From positions 9,789 to 73,788 of the forward strand of contig JBFWWD010000001.1 of NCBI GenBank assembly GCA_050246385.1: a stretch of DNA of 64,000 nucleotides. Reading direction: 5' to 3'. The DNA comes from Geminicoccaceae bacterium. Lineage in GTDB: Bacteria; Pseudomonadota; Alphaproteobacteria; Geminicoccales; Geminicoccaceae. A model generated the notes under the pieces. The model was not told the DNA's origin, did not search any database, and saw nothing but the letters and a program-made list of their open reading frames with translations. The position numbers and the translations under genes were made by a program. Numbering within the stretch: the first letter of the stretch is position 1; the number at the start of each line of letters is the position of its first letter. This document shows, piece by piece, positions 1 to 8,840 of the stretch.

Positions 1-336
1 GCGATTCTGCGGGAGGGCCACGCCTGGACGGCGGCGCGCATCGCCGCGGGCTCGCCGGCACCAGGGGTCGCCGTCGCGGTCGCCACCGGGCCGGTCCTGT
101 TTGGCCCAATCGGCCATGCCTCGCGGCGGGAGTACACGATCATCGGCGAGCCCGTGAACCTTGCGGCTAAGCTCGAGAAGCACGCCCGGGCGGAGTCCAC
201 CTCGGGCCTGACGACCGCCGCGACGATCGGCATCGCCCGCGCGCAGGGATTCGTCCCCGCCGGCGTCCTGTCGGCGCGCGGGTGGCGCCGCGTGTCGGGC
301 CTCGCCACGCCCGTCGATCTCGTGGCGATATCTTGA
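1..336 (+). CDS. class III adenylate/guanylate cyclase, C-terminal part (5' end outside window)
   Basis: Frame 1 is open from base 1. The translation ...SRREYTIIGEPVNLAAKLEKHA... matches the conserved C-terminal catalytic motif of class III cyclases. Stop at 334-336. Confidence 0.7.
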   Translation, partial: AILREGHAWTAARIAAGSPAPGVAVAVATGPVLFGPIGHASRREYTIIGEPVNLAAKLEKHARAESTSGLTTAATIGIARAQGFVPAGVLSARGWRRVSGLATPVDLVAIS

Positions 337-365
337 CGGAGCGGCACTTGGCGGTAGCGGAGCGG

Positions 366-1109
366 ATGCCCGACGAACCCGACGAGGAGACCCGGCGGCT
401 GTGCCGGATCCGCCTGCTGCGCACCTTGCCCGCCGACGAGTGCGCCACCCTGGCGACGCGTTGCGCCTGGCGGCGCTATGCTGCCGATGCCACGATCATC
501 GCCCGCGACGGTAGCGAGCGCGAGTTCCTCTTTATCGTCGAGGGCCGGGCGCGGGCGGTCGACCTGACCGAGCGCGGCCGTGAGGTGGTCTATGCCGAGA
601 TCGGCCCCGGTGGCCATGTCGGCGAGCTCGCCGCCATCGACGGCGGCCCGCGCTCGGCCGACGTCGTCGCGGTGACCGATTGTCTGGTCGCAGCCCTGCC
701 CGTGACCGAGTTCCGCGCGCTGCTGCTGCGGCACGCCGCGATCTCGCTCGACCTGCTCGAGGACGTCGCGCGCATGGTCCGCATGGCCGATCTGCGCATC
801 ACCGAGCTGAGCACCATGGGTGCCGTCGAGCGGATCTGTCGTGAGCTCCTGCGCCGCGCGGTCCCGCATCGCGAGGAGGCCGAGCTGGCCGTGCACGACC
901 TGCCGACCCAGGAGACCCTGGCCGGCCTGACCGGCACGACGCGCGAGACCGTCGGCAAGGTCATGATGCAGCTGGCCCATGCGGGTCTGGTGCGGCGGCG
1001 GCGGCGCACGCTCCTCCTGGTCGACCTCGATCGGCTGCGGCAGCTCGCCGGCCTCATCGCGGCCGATCCGCTTCCGGTGGCGGCGAACGGGCGACCCTCG
1101 TCCGACTGA
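366..1109 (+). CDS. Crp/Fnr family transcriptional regulator (cNMP-binding domain + HTH)
   Basis: Part of ORF 282..1109; the ATG at 366 gives a sensible N-terminus. It has a cNMP-binding barrel (FIVEGRARAV...GPGGHVGELAAIDGGPRSADVVA) and a C-terminal Crp-type HTH (TQETLAGLTGTTRETVGKVMMQLAHAGLV). Confidence 0.85.
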   Translation: MPDEPDEETRRLCRIRLLRTLPADECATLATRCAWRRYAADATIIARDGSEREFLFIVEGRARAVDLTERGREVVYAEIGPGGHVGELAAIDGGPRSADVVAVTDCLVAALPVTEFRALLLRHAAISLDLLEDVARMVRMADLRITELSTMGAVERICRELLRRAVPHREEAELAVHDLPTQETLAGLTGTTRETVGKVMMQLAHAGLVRRRRRTLLLVDLDRLRQLAGLIAADPLPVAANGRPSSD

Positions 1110-1279
1110 TCGCCCAGGAACAACCTGCCCGACCAGCGGCAGATCACGGATCGGCGATCCGTATTCGGCGCTACCGCGCAAGCATCCGGCTCAGCTCATT
1201 CTCCATCTCACCGGAGGTCGCTCGATCCTCGGTCGTCTGAGCGAGGTGACGACTTCCGGACCAAATGGAGGTTCCCACC

Positions 1280-1642
1280 ATGTCGCGCATGCCCTACTTC
1301 AGGACGACTTCGCGACTTGTCACCGGATTGGTCGCCCTGCTCGCTCTCGCCGAGCCGACGCTTGCCGACACCGCGGCGCCCGCGCCGGACCCGCACCGGC
1401 CGACCTGCGCCGCGCGCGACGAGATCAAGGACGTGCTGGAACAGCGTTACGCCGAGCGCCAGGCCGCGCTCGGGCTATCCCAGGACGGCCGCCTGCTGGA
1501 GGTGTTCACCGCGGCCGACGGGCTCACCTGGACGATGCTCGTCACCTCCACGGACGGCGTCAGCTGCGTGATCGCCTCGGGCCGCTCCTGGCGGCAGCAC
1601 ACCCCGCCGATCCCCGGCCTCGACGCCGGATGGAACCCCTGA
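1280..1642 (+). CDS. secreted hypothetical protein
   Basis: Part of ORF 1265..1642. The ATG at 1280 gives a signal-peptide-like N-terminus (MSRMPYFRTTSRLVTGLVALLALAEPTLA). The mature part has two Cys. It lies 22 nt upstream of the MotA-like gene. No family recognised. Confidence 0.5.
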   Translation: MSRMPYFRTTSRLVTGLVALLALAEPTLADTAAPAPDPHRPTCAARDEIKDVLEQRYAERQAALGLSQDGRLLEVFTAADGLTWTMLVTSTDGVSCVIASGRSWRQHTPPIPGLDAGWNP

Positions 1643-1664
1643 GCGGCGCCTGGAGGGAACAGCG

Positions 1665-2339
1665 ATGTCTGCGGCTCTGTTTGCGGCGCGGCCCGTCGCC
1701 CTTGCGGCGCAGGATCCCCGGCCACACGCGTTCCTCGCGCAGTTCGCCCTCGCCAACATGGCGGCCGTGGCCCTCGCGACTGCGGCTTGGCGGCAGGGCT
1801 GGGTCGACCGGCTGCTCGACGGCGACAGCAGCCGTCTCGGCCTCGCCATCCTCGCCACCTTCACGGTGGGCCTCGGGCTCGCCACGCGGGCGGCGGGCTC
1901 ACTCTCGCGCGAGCTCGACGCGGCTCGTGCCGCCCGTCCCCAGCCGGACACCGTCGCGGGTCGATACCTCCGGGCGGTGACAATGACCGCTCCGGACCGC
2001 CGTGCCGGCCTCGACGCGTCCTTGAAGCTGGCGGTTGCCAGCCGGATCGCGCCGGTCCGCGCCATCGCGGGCTACCTTGTCCTGCTTGGGCTGATCGGCA
2101 CCGTGCTGGGCTTCATCATCGCCCTGGACGGGGTCGATCCGGCGCGGGCGGGCGATGTCGCCGAGGTCGGTCGCATGGTGGCGACCCTGGTCGACGGCAT
2201 GGGCGTGGCGCTCAACACGACGCTGATCGGGGCGATCCTGAACATCTGGCTCATGGTCGACTACCGCCTGCTCGAGGGCGGCGCCGTCCGCCTGCTGACC
2301 CTGGTGCTCGAGCATGGAGCCGGCCATGCAGATGCTTGA
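1665..2339 (+). CDS. MotA/TolQ/ExbB proton-channel family protein
   Basis: 224 aa with about four hydrophobic segments. The C-terminal LLGLIGTVLGFI...GMGVALNTTLIGAILN matches the MotA_ExbB channel signature. Confidence 0.8.
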   Translation: MSAALFAARPVALAAQDPRPHAFLAQFALANMAAVALATAAWRQGWVDRLLDGDSSRLGLAILATFTVGLGLATRAAGSLSRELDAARAARPQPDTVAGRYLRAVTMTAPDRRAGLDASLKLAVASRIAPVRAIAGYLVLLGLIGTVLGFIIALDGVDPARAGDVAEVGRMVATLVDGMGVALNTTLIGAILNIWLMVDYRLLEGGAVRLLTLVLEHGAGHADA

Positions 2340-2940
2340 GCCGCTCCAGGACGACGCCGAGGGCACCGTGTTCCGCGACGTCGTCATGCTGGCGCTCGCC
2401 GGCTTCGTCGCCATCGTCGTCCTCCTCCTGCCGCACCTTGCTCGTCCCGGTCGCGAGGCGAACGAGCGGGTCATCCCGCCCGGCAACGTGCTGGTCGAGA
2501 TCCGCTGGCCCGACGGCGACGACGCCGACGTCGACCTCTGGGTCCAGGCCCCCGGGGACGCGGCGGTCGGCTACTCCAACCGCGGCGGCCGGGTGTTCGA
2601 CCTGCTGCGCGACGATCTCGGCCGCCAGGGCGACGCGACCGCGCTCAACTACGAGAGCGCCTATGCCCGCGGCGCGCCCGCCGGCGAGTACACGGTCAAC
2701 CTGCACCTCTACCACCCCTCCTCCGCCCTCGGCGCGGTCCCCGTCTCTGTCGCGATCACCTTGCGGCCGGGTGTCGGTGCGGGCAGCGTCCACGCCGTCA
2801 CCCGCGAGGTGCTGCTCGAGCGGTCCGGCCAGGAGTTCACCGTGGCCCGGTTCACGCTCGATGCGCGTGGCCGGCTCGTGCCCGGCAGCATCCATGCGCT
2901 GACCAGGCCGCTGCGCGGACAAGGCCGCATCCCGTCATGA
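2314..2940 (+). CDS. membrane-anchored protein, possible ExbD/TolR/MotB-like partner with an unrecognised extracytoplasmic domain
   Basis: Overlaps the MotA-like gene (alternative ATGs at 2326 and 2332). It has a single N-terminal TM with an Asp at its cytoplasmic edge (FRDVVMLALAGFVAIVVLLL), as in the ExbD/TolR helix. The remaining ~150 aa are not recognised. Confidence 0.55.
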   Translation: MEPAMQMLEPLQDDAEGTVFRDVVMLALAGFVAIVVLLLPHLARPGREANERVIPPGNVLVEIRWPDGDDADVDLWVQAPGDAAVGYSNRGGRVFDLLRDDLGRQGDATALNYESAYARGAPAGEYTVNLHLYHPSSALGAVPVSVAITLRPGVGAGSVHAVTREVLLERSGQEFTVARFTLDARGRLVPGSIHALTRPLRGQGRIPS

Positions 2941-3464
2941 TCGACCTATTCACGCTCTATGCCGCCGAGGTGCTGCTCACGGCCGCCTTGGCCGGGCTGG
3001 CCCTGCGCTGTGCCGCCTCGGCGCTGGTGAGATTACTGGCGTTGGCGCTTGGCGCCGCCGTCATGGTCGTGAGTTGGCTCGCGCTGACCGATCTCCTGAG
3101 CCGCCCGAAGCCGATCGCTCTCGAGAACCGTCCGGTAGTGCTTCGGGAGGCGGTCGTGATCTCCGGCGACATCGTCGAGAACCAGGCGATCCATCTCTGG
3201 CTCCGTCTTCCGGAGCTCGAGGAGCCGCGCGCCTTCACCCTCCCCTGGGACCGCCGGCGGGCCGAGGAGCTGGAGACCGCGCTTGGCCGCGCAGGGCGCG
3301 AGGGTGGCCGGGTTCGCCTGATCTGGCCTGGCAGAGATCCCACCGAGCTCGAGCCGATGTTCCATCCTGAACCGCCACCGCCCCTGCCACCGAAGACGGC
3401 GGTAGTGCCGGCCTCTGTGCCCGGCACGGCGGTACTCCCCGTGGCGCGATACACGTCGGGGTGA
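2937..3464 (+). CDS. membrane protein, unknown function, Pro-rich C-terminal tail
   Basis: ATGA start/stop overlap with the upstream gene suggests translational coupling. It has two N-terminal hydrophobic segments, a soluble domain and the tail HPEPPPPLPPK. Confidence 0.5.
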   Translation: MIDLFTLYAAEVLLTAALAGLALRCAASALVRLLALALGAAVMVVSWLALTDLLSRPKPIALENRPVVLREAVVISGDIVENQAIHLWLRLPELEEPRAFTLPWDRRRAEELETALGRAGREGGRVRLIWPGRDPTELEPMFHPEPPPPLPPKTAVVPASVPGTAVLPVARYTSG

Positions 3465-3566
3465 TCTGTAGCCGGGGCTACGGCGCGCAGGATCAGGTCA
3501 GGGGACCATCCGCAGAGCGGCAGCAGCCGGCACCTAACCATCGGAGAGCCATCATGCATCTGTCGC

Positions 3567-4223
3567 GTGCCACCCGCGGCCCTGTGCGCAGCGCTCGTGA
3601 TCGGCATGGTCTCGGCCGAGCTCACCTGGGCCGAGAGGGCGCCAGTGCCGGTTCCAGCGGCCCAGTCCTGCGAGGCGATGCGTGACTACTACTTCGCCTG
3701 CCTGGATCGCTGGCCGATGCCGAGCTTCATGAAGGATCGGTACAGCGGCACGATCCACGCCGCCTACGACAGCTGCCGCGAGAACCAGGCCAACGCTTGG
3801 CTGCGCGTCGAACGCACCCTGGGCCGAGAGCTACGCGCTGATCAGACCTGCACCGTGGCGGCGAGGGCATGGCCCGCCCCTCGTCGCCGCCTTCCCTCGC
3901 TCCGTCGCGGTGCGGCCGGAGAGACTGGTCGAGCCATGGCGGCCGCATCGGCCGTGCTCGCGGCAAGGGGCGATTGGAGCGTGGCATGCCGGCGCCGCGA
4001 TCACCTCACCTGTGGAGCATGTCGATGGATACGCAGACCGTCGAGCGCCCGCTCGGGCGCGGCAAGCCGGCCGCGGAGCAGCCGGCCGAGGTCAAGACGA
4101 TCAACCTGGCGCTGCAGGGCGGCGGCGCGCACGGCGCCTTCGCCTGGGGCGTGCTCGACCGGCTGCTCGAGGACGAGCGGATCGCGTTCGAGGGCGTGTC
4201 GGCGACCAGCGCCGGCGCCATGA
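3567..4223 (+). CDS. possible small secreted Cys-containing protein (3' end uncertain)
   Basis: GTG start. The first ~95 aa look protein-like, with a signal-like segment (ALCAALVIGMVSAELTWA) and 4 Cys. The tail is Arg/Ser/Ala-rich, overlaps the patatin gene out of frame, and is probably not real. Confidence 0.25.
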   Translation: MPPAALCAALVIGMVSAELTWAERAPVPVPAAQSCEAMRDYYFACLDRWPMPSFMKDRYSGTIHAAYDSCRENQANAWLRVERTLGRELRADQTCTVAARAWPAPRRRLPSLRRGAAGETGRAMAAASAVLAARGDWSVACRRRDHLTCGACRWIRRPSSARSGAASRPRSSRPRSRRSTWRCRAAARTAPSPGACSTGCSRTSGSRSRACRRPAPAP

Positions 4224-5098
4224 ACGCGGTCGTGCTGGCCTATGGTCTCGGCGAAGGTGGCCGGGAAGGCGCCCGCACGGCGCTCACCGGCTTCTGGCGA
4301 CGGGTCAGCCATGCCGCGGCGATGGGCCCGCTGCAGCCCTCGCTCCTCGACCGGATGCTGCACAACCACTCGCTCGATTATTCGCCAGCGTTCATCATGC
4401 TCGACCTGATGAGCCGGCTGATGTCGCCCTATCAGCTCAATCCCGGCAATTACAACCCGCTGCAGCACCTGCTCGAGCAGTCGGTGGACTTCGACCGGCT
4501 GCGGCAGCGCGCGCCGGTCAAGCTGTTCCTCTCCGCCACCAACGTGCGCAGCGGCAAGGTGAAGCTGTTCACCAACCAGGAGATCACCTCCGACGCGGTC
4601 ATGGCCTCGGCCTGCCTGCCCTTCATGTTCCAGGCGGTGGAGATCGACGGCGAGGCCTACTGGGACGGCGGCTACATGGGCAATCCCGCCATCTTCCCGC
4701 TGATCTACCACTGCGACAGCCCGGACGTGCTGGTCGTCCACATCAATCCCCTGGAGCGGCCCGAGATCCCGCGTAGCGCCACCGAGATCATGAACCGAAT
4801 CAACGAGATCTCGTTCAACAGCTCGCTCATGCGCGAGATGCGGGCGATCGCCTTCGTCAGCCGCCTGATCGACGAGGGCGCGATCTGCGACCGCACGATG
4901 AAGCGCATGCACATCCACGCGATCTCGGCCGACGCGGTGATGCGCAAGCTGTCGGTGATGAGCAAGCTCAACGCCGACTGGGAGTTCCTCACCCACCTGC
5001 GCGACGACGGCCGCGAGTTCGCCGCCCGCTGGCTCGACGAGAGCTTCGACCGGATCGGCGTCGCCTCGACCGTCGATGTCGCTGCCCGATACCTGTGA
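4019..5098 (+). CDS. patatin-like phospholipase family protein
   Basis: ATG at 4019 within ORF 3869..5098. It has the oxyanion motif LQGGGAHGAFAWGVL, the nucleophile motif VSATSAGAM and the catalytic Asp in YWDGGY. Confidence 0.85.
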   Translation: MSMDTQTVERPLGRGKPAAEQPAEVKTINLALQGGGAHGAFAWGVLDRLLEDERIAFEGVSATSAGAMNAVVLAYGLGEGGREGARTALTGFWRRVSHAAAMGPLQPSLLDRMLHNHSLDYSPAFIMLDLMSRLMSPYQLNPGNYNPLQHLLEQSVDFDRLRQRAPVKLFLSATNVRSGKVKLFTNQEITSDAVMASACLPFMFQAVEIDGEAYWDGGYMGNPAIFPLIYHCDSPDVLVVHINPLERPEIPRSATEIMNRINEISFNSSLMREMRAIAFVSRLIDEGAICDRTMKRMHIHAISADAVMRKLSVMSKLNADWEFLTHLRDDGREFAARWLDESFDRIGVASTVDVAARYL

Positions 5099-5128
5099 GC
5101 CGCGGCGCCGCCGCACCAGGACCATGCC

Positions 5129-6298
5129 TCAATCGAGCCGAAACCAGGGCCGAAGACGGACGCCGACGACACTGCCGGCGAACGCCGCGGCAAGCCAGAC
5201 CCAGCCGTGCAGGCTCCCGGAGGCGACACCGCTGAAGAAGGCTCCGACGTTGCAACCGAAGGCGAGCCGGGCGCCGTAGCCCATGAGCAGGCCGCCGACG
5301 GTTGCGGCCAAGAAGGAGCGCGGCGGAACGCGGAGGTTCGGGCGGAACCGTCCAGCCGCGGCTGCCGCCGCGAGCGCGCCGAGGACGAGACCGAAATTCA
5401 TCACGCTGGTGAGGTCCGCAAGCACGCTGGCCTCGAGTGCCGCAGCCATTCCCGGCTCGGACCAGTAGGGCCAGCCGGTCACGGGCAATCCCACGGCGAT
5501 CGCCAGCTTCGCTCCCCAAAGGGCGAACGCCGAAGTTATTCCCCAAGGGCGTCCCGCCACGACGAGCGTTGCGAAGTTCAAGACAGCGAGGCCGACAGCG
5601 CCGCCGACGAGCCGGCGAGGGGGCAGGAACGAACTGCCCGCAGCGTATCGGTGCAACAACAAAGCGAGCCCGGCAAAGACCGCGAGATGCGCGGCCAATG
5701 CCCACCACGGCCCCCAAAGCGCCACAAATGAGACCGGAGCGATCGCAGGCAGCGAGAGCCAGAACGGCAGATGGGCCGTGGCCAGGAGCGAGCCGAGGAC
5801 GAAGGCGGTCAGCGTCACGACCATGCGGGCATTGCCGCCGCCCATGGTGTACAGCGTCCCGCTACCGCACCCGCCCCCCAGCTGCATCCCGATCCCGAAC
5901 AGAAAGGCGCCGATCACCACGCCGGGCCCGACCGGGAAGACGAAGCCGATCAACGGGCGGCCGGCAAAAGCGCCGGCGGCGAGCGCCGGGAAGAACAGGA
6001 CGCAGGCAATTGCGAGCATCAGGACCTGCGCCTGCAGGCCCGCGGCGTCGCGATCGCGAATAAAGGTGCGCCAAGCGGCGGTGAAGCCGAAGGCATGCTG
6101 GTAGAGGACGGCCCCCAGCGACGAGCCCAGCAGAACCAGGAGAGCCTGGCGCCTGCCGGACGCCATGCCTGCGGCGAATACCAGGACGACGATGCCCAGG
6201 CCCGCGATCAGCAATGGCCCGACATTGACCCGTGATGATTGCGGCGAAGCCGCGCGCTCCGTTCGGTCGACGGCCTCGAGCGGAAGGAATGGGATCAC
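5129..6298 (-). CDS. YeeE/YedE family sulfur-compound transporter-like membrane protein
   Basis: 389-aa polytopic protein with two repeated halves, each carrying the conserved Cys motif (GGGCGSGTL and AFGCNVGAF). Confidence 0.8.
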   Translation of the reverse strand: MIPFLPLEAVDRTERAASPQSSRVNVGPLLIAGLGIVVLVFAAGMASGRRQALLVLLGSSLGAVLYQHAFGFTAAWRTFIRDRDAAGLQAQVLMLAIACVLFFPALAAGAFAGRPLIGFVFPVGPGVVIGAFLFGIGMQLGGGCGSGTLYTMGGGNARMVVTLTAFVLGSLLATAHLPFWLSLPAIAPVSFVALWGPWWALAAHLAVFAGLALLLHRYAAGSSFLPPRRLVGGAVGLAVLNFATLVVAGRPWGITSAFALWGAKLAIAVGLPVTGWPYWSEPGMAAALEASVLADLTSVMNFGLVLGALAAAAAAGRFRPNLRVPPRSFLAATVGGLLMGYGARLAFGCNVGAFFSGVASGSLHGWVWLAAAFAGSVVGVRLRPWFRLD

Positions 6299-6784
6299 TC
6301 AGGATGACACCGCGGCGTCGGCCACGATTCCAGCGAGGATGGGGTCGAGCTCGGCGCCGAGTGCAGCGATCGCTTCGCTCGGGTAGCGGCCGAACACGGC
6401 GCTGGGGAGCCAGTAGCGGATGCTGGCCGTGCCGTCCGGTTCCTCGGTCAGGTGCAGCCTGATCGGCGCCTCGATACCGGCGTCGATGTTCCCCTCGAGC
6501 ATCCGGACTGCGAAGTCGTTGCGGAACACGCCGATGACGATGTCACCGCGGATCGTGACGCCGCGCCGCTGCGCCCCCTCGCTCGCTGAGGCACGGGTGA
6601 CGAGGCCCATCTTCGCCCGCTCGATCGCGGCCTTGAGGCGCTCCTCCAGCGCCGGCAGGGCGTGGGGCGTCGACACCACCAGATATCCGGCCGCCTCTCC
6701 CTCGGCCGATGCCCGGCCGGGGTGGATAAGACCGGCGACGGCCGTCAGGCTGATGGCGGCGCGTCGGCCTAGGGGAAGCAGCAT
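6299..6784 (-). CDS. DUF302 domain-containing protein
   Basis: 161 aa with a signal-like N-terminus. DUF302-like core (GLVTRASASEGAQRRGVTIRGDIVIGVFRNDFAVRML). Its stop abuts the YeeE start codon. Confidence 0.7.
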   Translation of the reverse strand: MLLPLGRRAAISLTAVAGLIHPGRASAEGEAAGYLVVSTPHALPALEERLKAAIERAKMGLVTRASASEGAQRRGVTIRGDIVIGVFRNDFAVRMLEGNIDAGIEAPIRLHLTEEPDGTASIRYWLPSAVFGRYPSEAIAALGAELDPILAGIVADAAVSS

Positions 6785-7009
6785 CGGGCTCTCCTCAGTG
6801 GTCAGTCCTCGAAGTGGGTTCGCTTCGCGGCGTCCTTTGGTTTCGCGCCCGTCACCGCAAACTGCTGATGGGCGCTGCTTGCGGCGACGGAGCTGACGTG
6901 AAGCGAGGTCTTGAGCCTCGGGATCGTCACCCAGTCCCGGTCCCGGAGACGTGATTCCGGGTACCCGCCGTTGCTCAGGAACGTGCCCGCAAGGCCGGTC
7001 TTTCCGCCC

Positions 7010-7332
7010 GCACGTAGGTTAGTACTACAGCCCGTTTTCATGATCGACCCGGCGCCGCCAGTGACATCTTCGCGCGCCTTGCTGGTGGCGGTGCGCCCCA
7101 GCCGGACCAGGCGAGGGCCAGCTCGACGTTGAGCATGCTCGGCCAAACGAGACGCCAGAGCAGGCGGCAGATTTCCGGGACGGTGAGCGGCAGGAGCTCG
7201 GCCAGCAGATCCGGCGTGGCCTCCTCCCCCGACCACGGTCTTGCGCAGGACAGCGAGATAGGCGTGGGCCAGCATGGCGCGGGTGACATGGCGGTGCGAA
7301 TCAGTTTCGTGGCAAAGGAGTCGGACTGGCAC
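7010..7332 (-). mobile_element. IS701-like DDE transposase, C-terminal remnant (frameshifted, N-terminus missing)
   Basis: Two minus-strand frames join to read HRHVTRAMLAHAYLAVLRKTVVGG / DLLAELLPLTVPEICRLLWRLVW...ALAWSGW. This is the characteristic C-terminal block of IS701-type transposases. No catalytic N-terminal part is present. Confidence 0.55.
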
Positions 7333-7339
7333 GAGGACG

Positions 7340-8026
7340 TCAAGGACCTAGAATTTCCGGCAATTGTGCTAGAGACCCTATCTGCCGATCGGGCGCTCCG
7401 GGCAGCCGTTCCGGCCGCTGTCCGTAGCGGTTGCACCAGACGACACGCATGCCGAAGGCTGAGGCGGCGTAGGCGTCCCAGGCATTCGAGGACAGAAAGG
7501 AGATTGCCGTTGGCTGCAGCCCGAGCCGGTCGACGGCAAGTTGATAGACCAGCGGATGTGGCTTGTAGACGCCGACCTCCTCGACGGAGAGAACAGCATC
7601 GAACAGGCCGCGCAGACCGGCGCGTTCGACGGCGGCGTCGAGCATGTCCGGCGTGCCGTTTGAGAGGATCGCGGTCTTGAGCCCCGAGCCCCTCAGGCGC
7701 CGCAGCGTCTCCGGTACCTCGGGAAAGCAGTCCAGCCTCAGATAGAGTTGCATCAGCCTCGCGCGTAGCCCAGGCGCGCGAATGGCGAGCGTCTCCATCG
7801 CGAAATCGAGGGCGTCGCCGGTCACCTGCCAGAAATCGGCGTGCTGGCCCTGAGTAGTCCTCAGCCATGTGTATTGCAGTTGCTTGTCGCGCCAGAGAGC
7901 GGTCAGAGCGTCTGCGTGATCGCCGAGGACGTCATGGCATCCTTTGGCAGCGGACGCGAAGTCGAACAGCGTGCCATAGGCGTCGAAGACACAGGCCCTT
8001 ACCCCGGACAGAGGCTTGTCCGTCAT
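7340..8026 (-). CDS. haloacid dehalogenase type II (HAD superfamily)
   Basis: ATG at 8026 within ORF 7340..8386. Nucleophile motif VFDAYGTLFD, SNG motif, and the YKPHP...AWDAYAASAFG tail typical of L-2-haloacid dehalogenases. Confidence 0.85.
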   Translation of the reverse strand: MTDKPLSGVRACVFDAYGTLFDFASAAKGCHDVLGDHADALTALWRDKQLQYTWLRTTQGQHADFWQVTGDALDFAMETLAIRAPGLRARLMQLYLRLDCFPEVPETLRRLRGSGLKTAILSNGTPDMLDAAVERAGLRGLFDAVLSVEEVGVYKPHPLVYQLAVDRLGLQPTAISFLSSNAWDAYAASAFGMRVVWCNRYGQRPERLPGAPDRQIGSLAQLPEILGP

Positions 8027-8030
8027 GTCG

Positions 8031-8840
8031 TCAGCTCCCGCTTTGCCGAGCGCGATCGTTGACCGTCCAGTCATAGTCAAGGAATCGAACCGTAAAGTCC
8101 GCGGGTATCTTTTCCACCCGATATTGGTTGACATACGCGACCAGATCTGGCGCCTGGACGAGGAAGTCCTCGGTGTAGAACTTGAAAATGGCGGAGAGCC
8201 AAACCTGTCTCCCGGAGAAATCGACCCGGACATTCCGATCTTCGCTGACGAACGCCCGGGCCGCTGCGTCGAGATCCCGATCCAGTGCATCGGCGCTGAA
8301 CGCTTTGCGGGGCAGCCTCGGACATCCGACGACCATGCAGTTGAGCACGAAATGCACCCGCTCCTCGCCCATCGGCCGGATGACATCGTTCTCCAGATCG
8401 TAGAGGGATATCGAATGGCCGCCGATCGCGAAGCTTTGCAGATAGAACAAGCCTACCCTTCGCAGCCAGCCAAGGCTCTGCGGCACGCCCGCCGCGACGA
8501 TGCCGCTCATTGCCAGGGCATTGTAGGCGTTGATGTAGAAGGCAAGGCGGGATGATCGATTGGGGAGCCGTCGAGGGTCGGAAACGGGATCGACGGCGGC
8601 AATGAAGGCGACGACACGATTAAGATCCTGATGATCCCGCTCCAGCGCGCCAAAGTCGATGCGACCGGCTTCATCAACGACACGGGTCAGCACCTGCGTC
8701 CAGAGCACTTCCCAGCTGGCGATGCTCAGCTCGTCCGCCGCCAGCCCGGCGGCAGGGCGCGAGGCGGCGGAGACGGCCAGCAGCGACCCTAAGGCCGCAC
8801 CGACCATTCCGCGCCGTGTCATCATCGACACTCGATTCAC
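8031..8840 (-). CDS. DUF547 domain-containing protein, exported
   Basis: Signal-like N-terminus with paired Arg (MMTRRGMVGAALGSLLAVSAASRPAAG). DUF547-like core (LAFYINAYNALAM...VHFVLNCMVVGCPRL). Confidence 0.75.
   Translation of the reverse strand: MNRVSMMTRRGMVGAALGSLLAVSAASRPAAGLAADELSIASWEVLWTQVLTRVVDEAGRIDFGALERDHQDLNRVVAFIAAVDPVSDPRRLPNRSSRLAFYINAYNALAMSGIVAAGVPQSLGWLRRVGLFYLQSFAIGGHSISLYDLENDVIRPMGEERVHFVLNCMVVGCPRLPRKAFSADALDRDLDAAARAFVSEDRNVRVDFSGRQVWLSAIFKFYTEDFLVQAPDLVAYVNQYRVEKIPADFTVRFLDYDWTVNDRARQSGS

Noticed and set aside
1-5098. Possible CBASS/Pycsar-like anti-phage system (nucleotide cyclase + cNMP-binding protein + patatin effector).
   Set aside because: The cNMP-binding protein is an ordinary Crp/Fnr regulator with an HTH, not an effector. 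The patatin has no visible sensor domain. No CD-NTase-type enzyme is visible, and class III cyclases are abundant here (three in this window). The array is kept only as a low-to-moderate neighbourhood observation.
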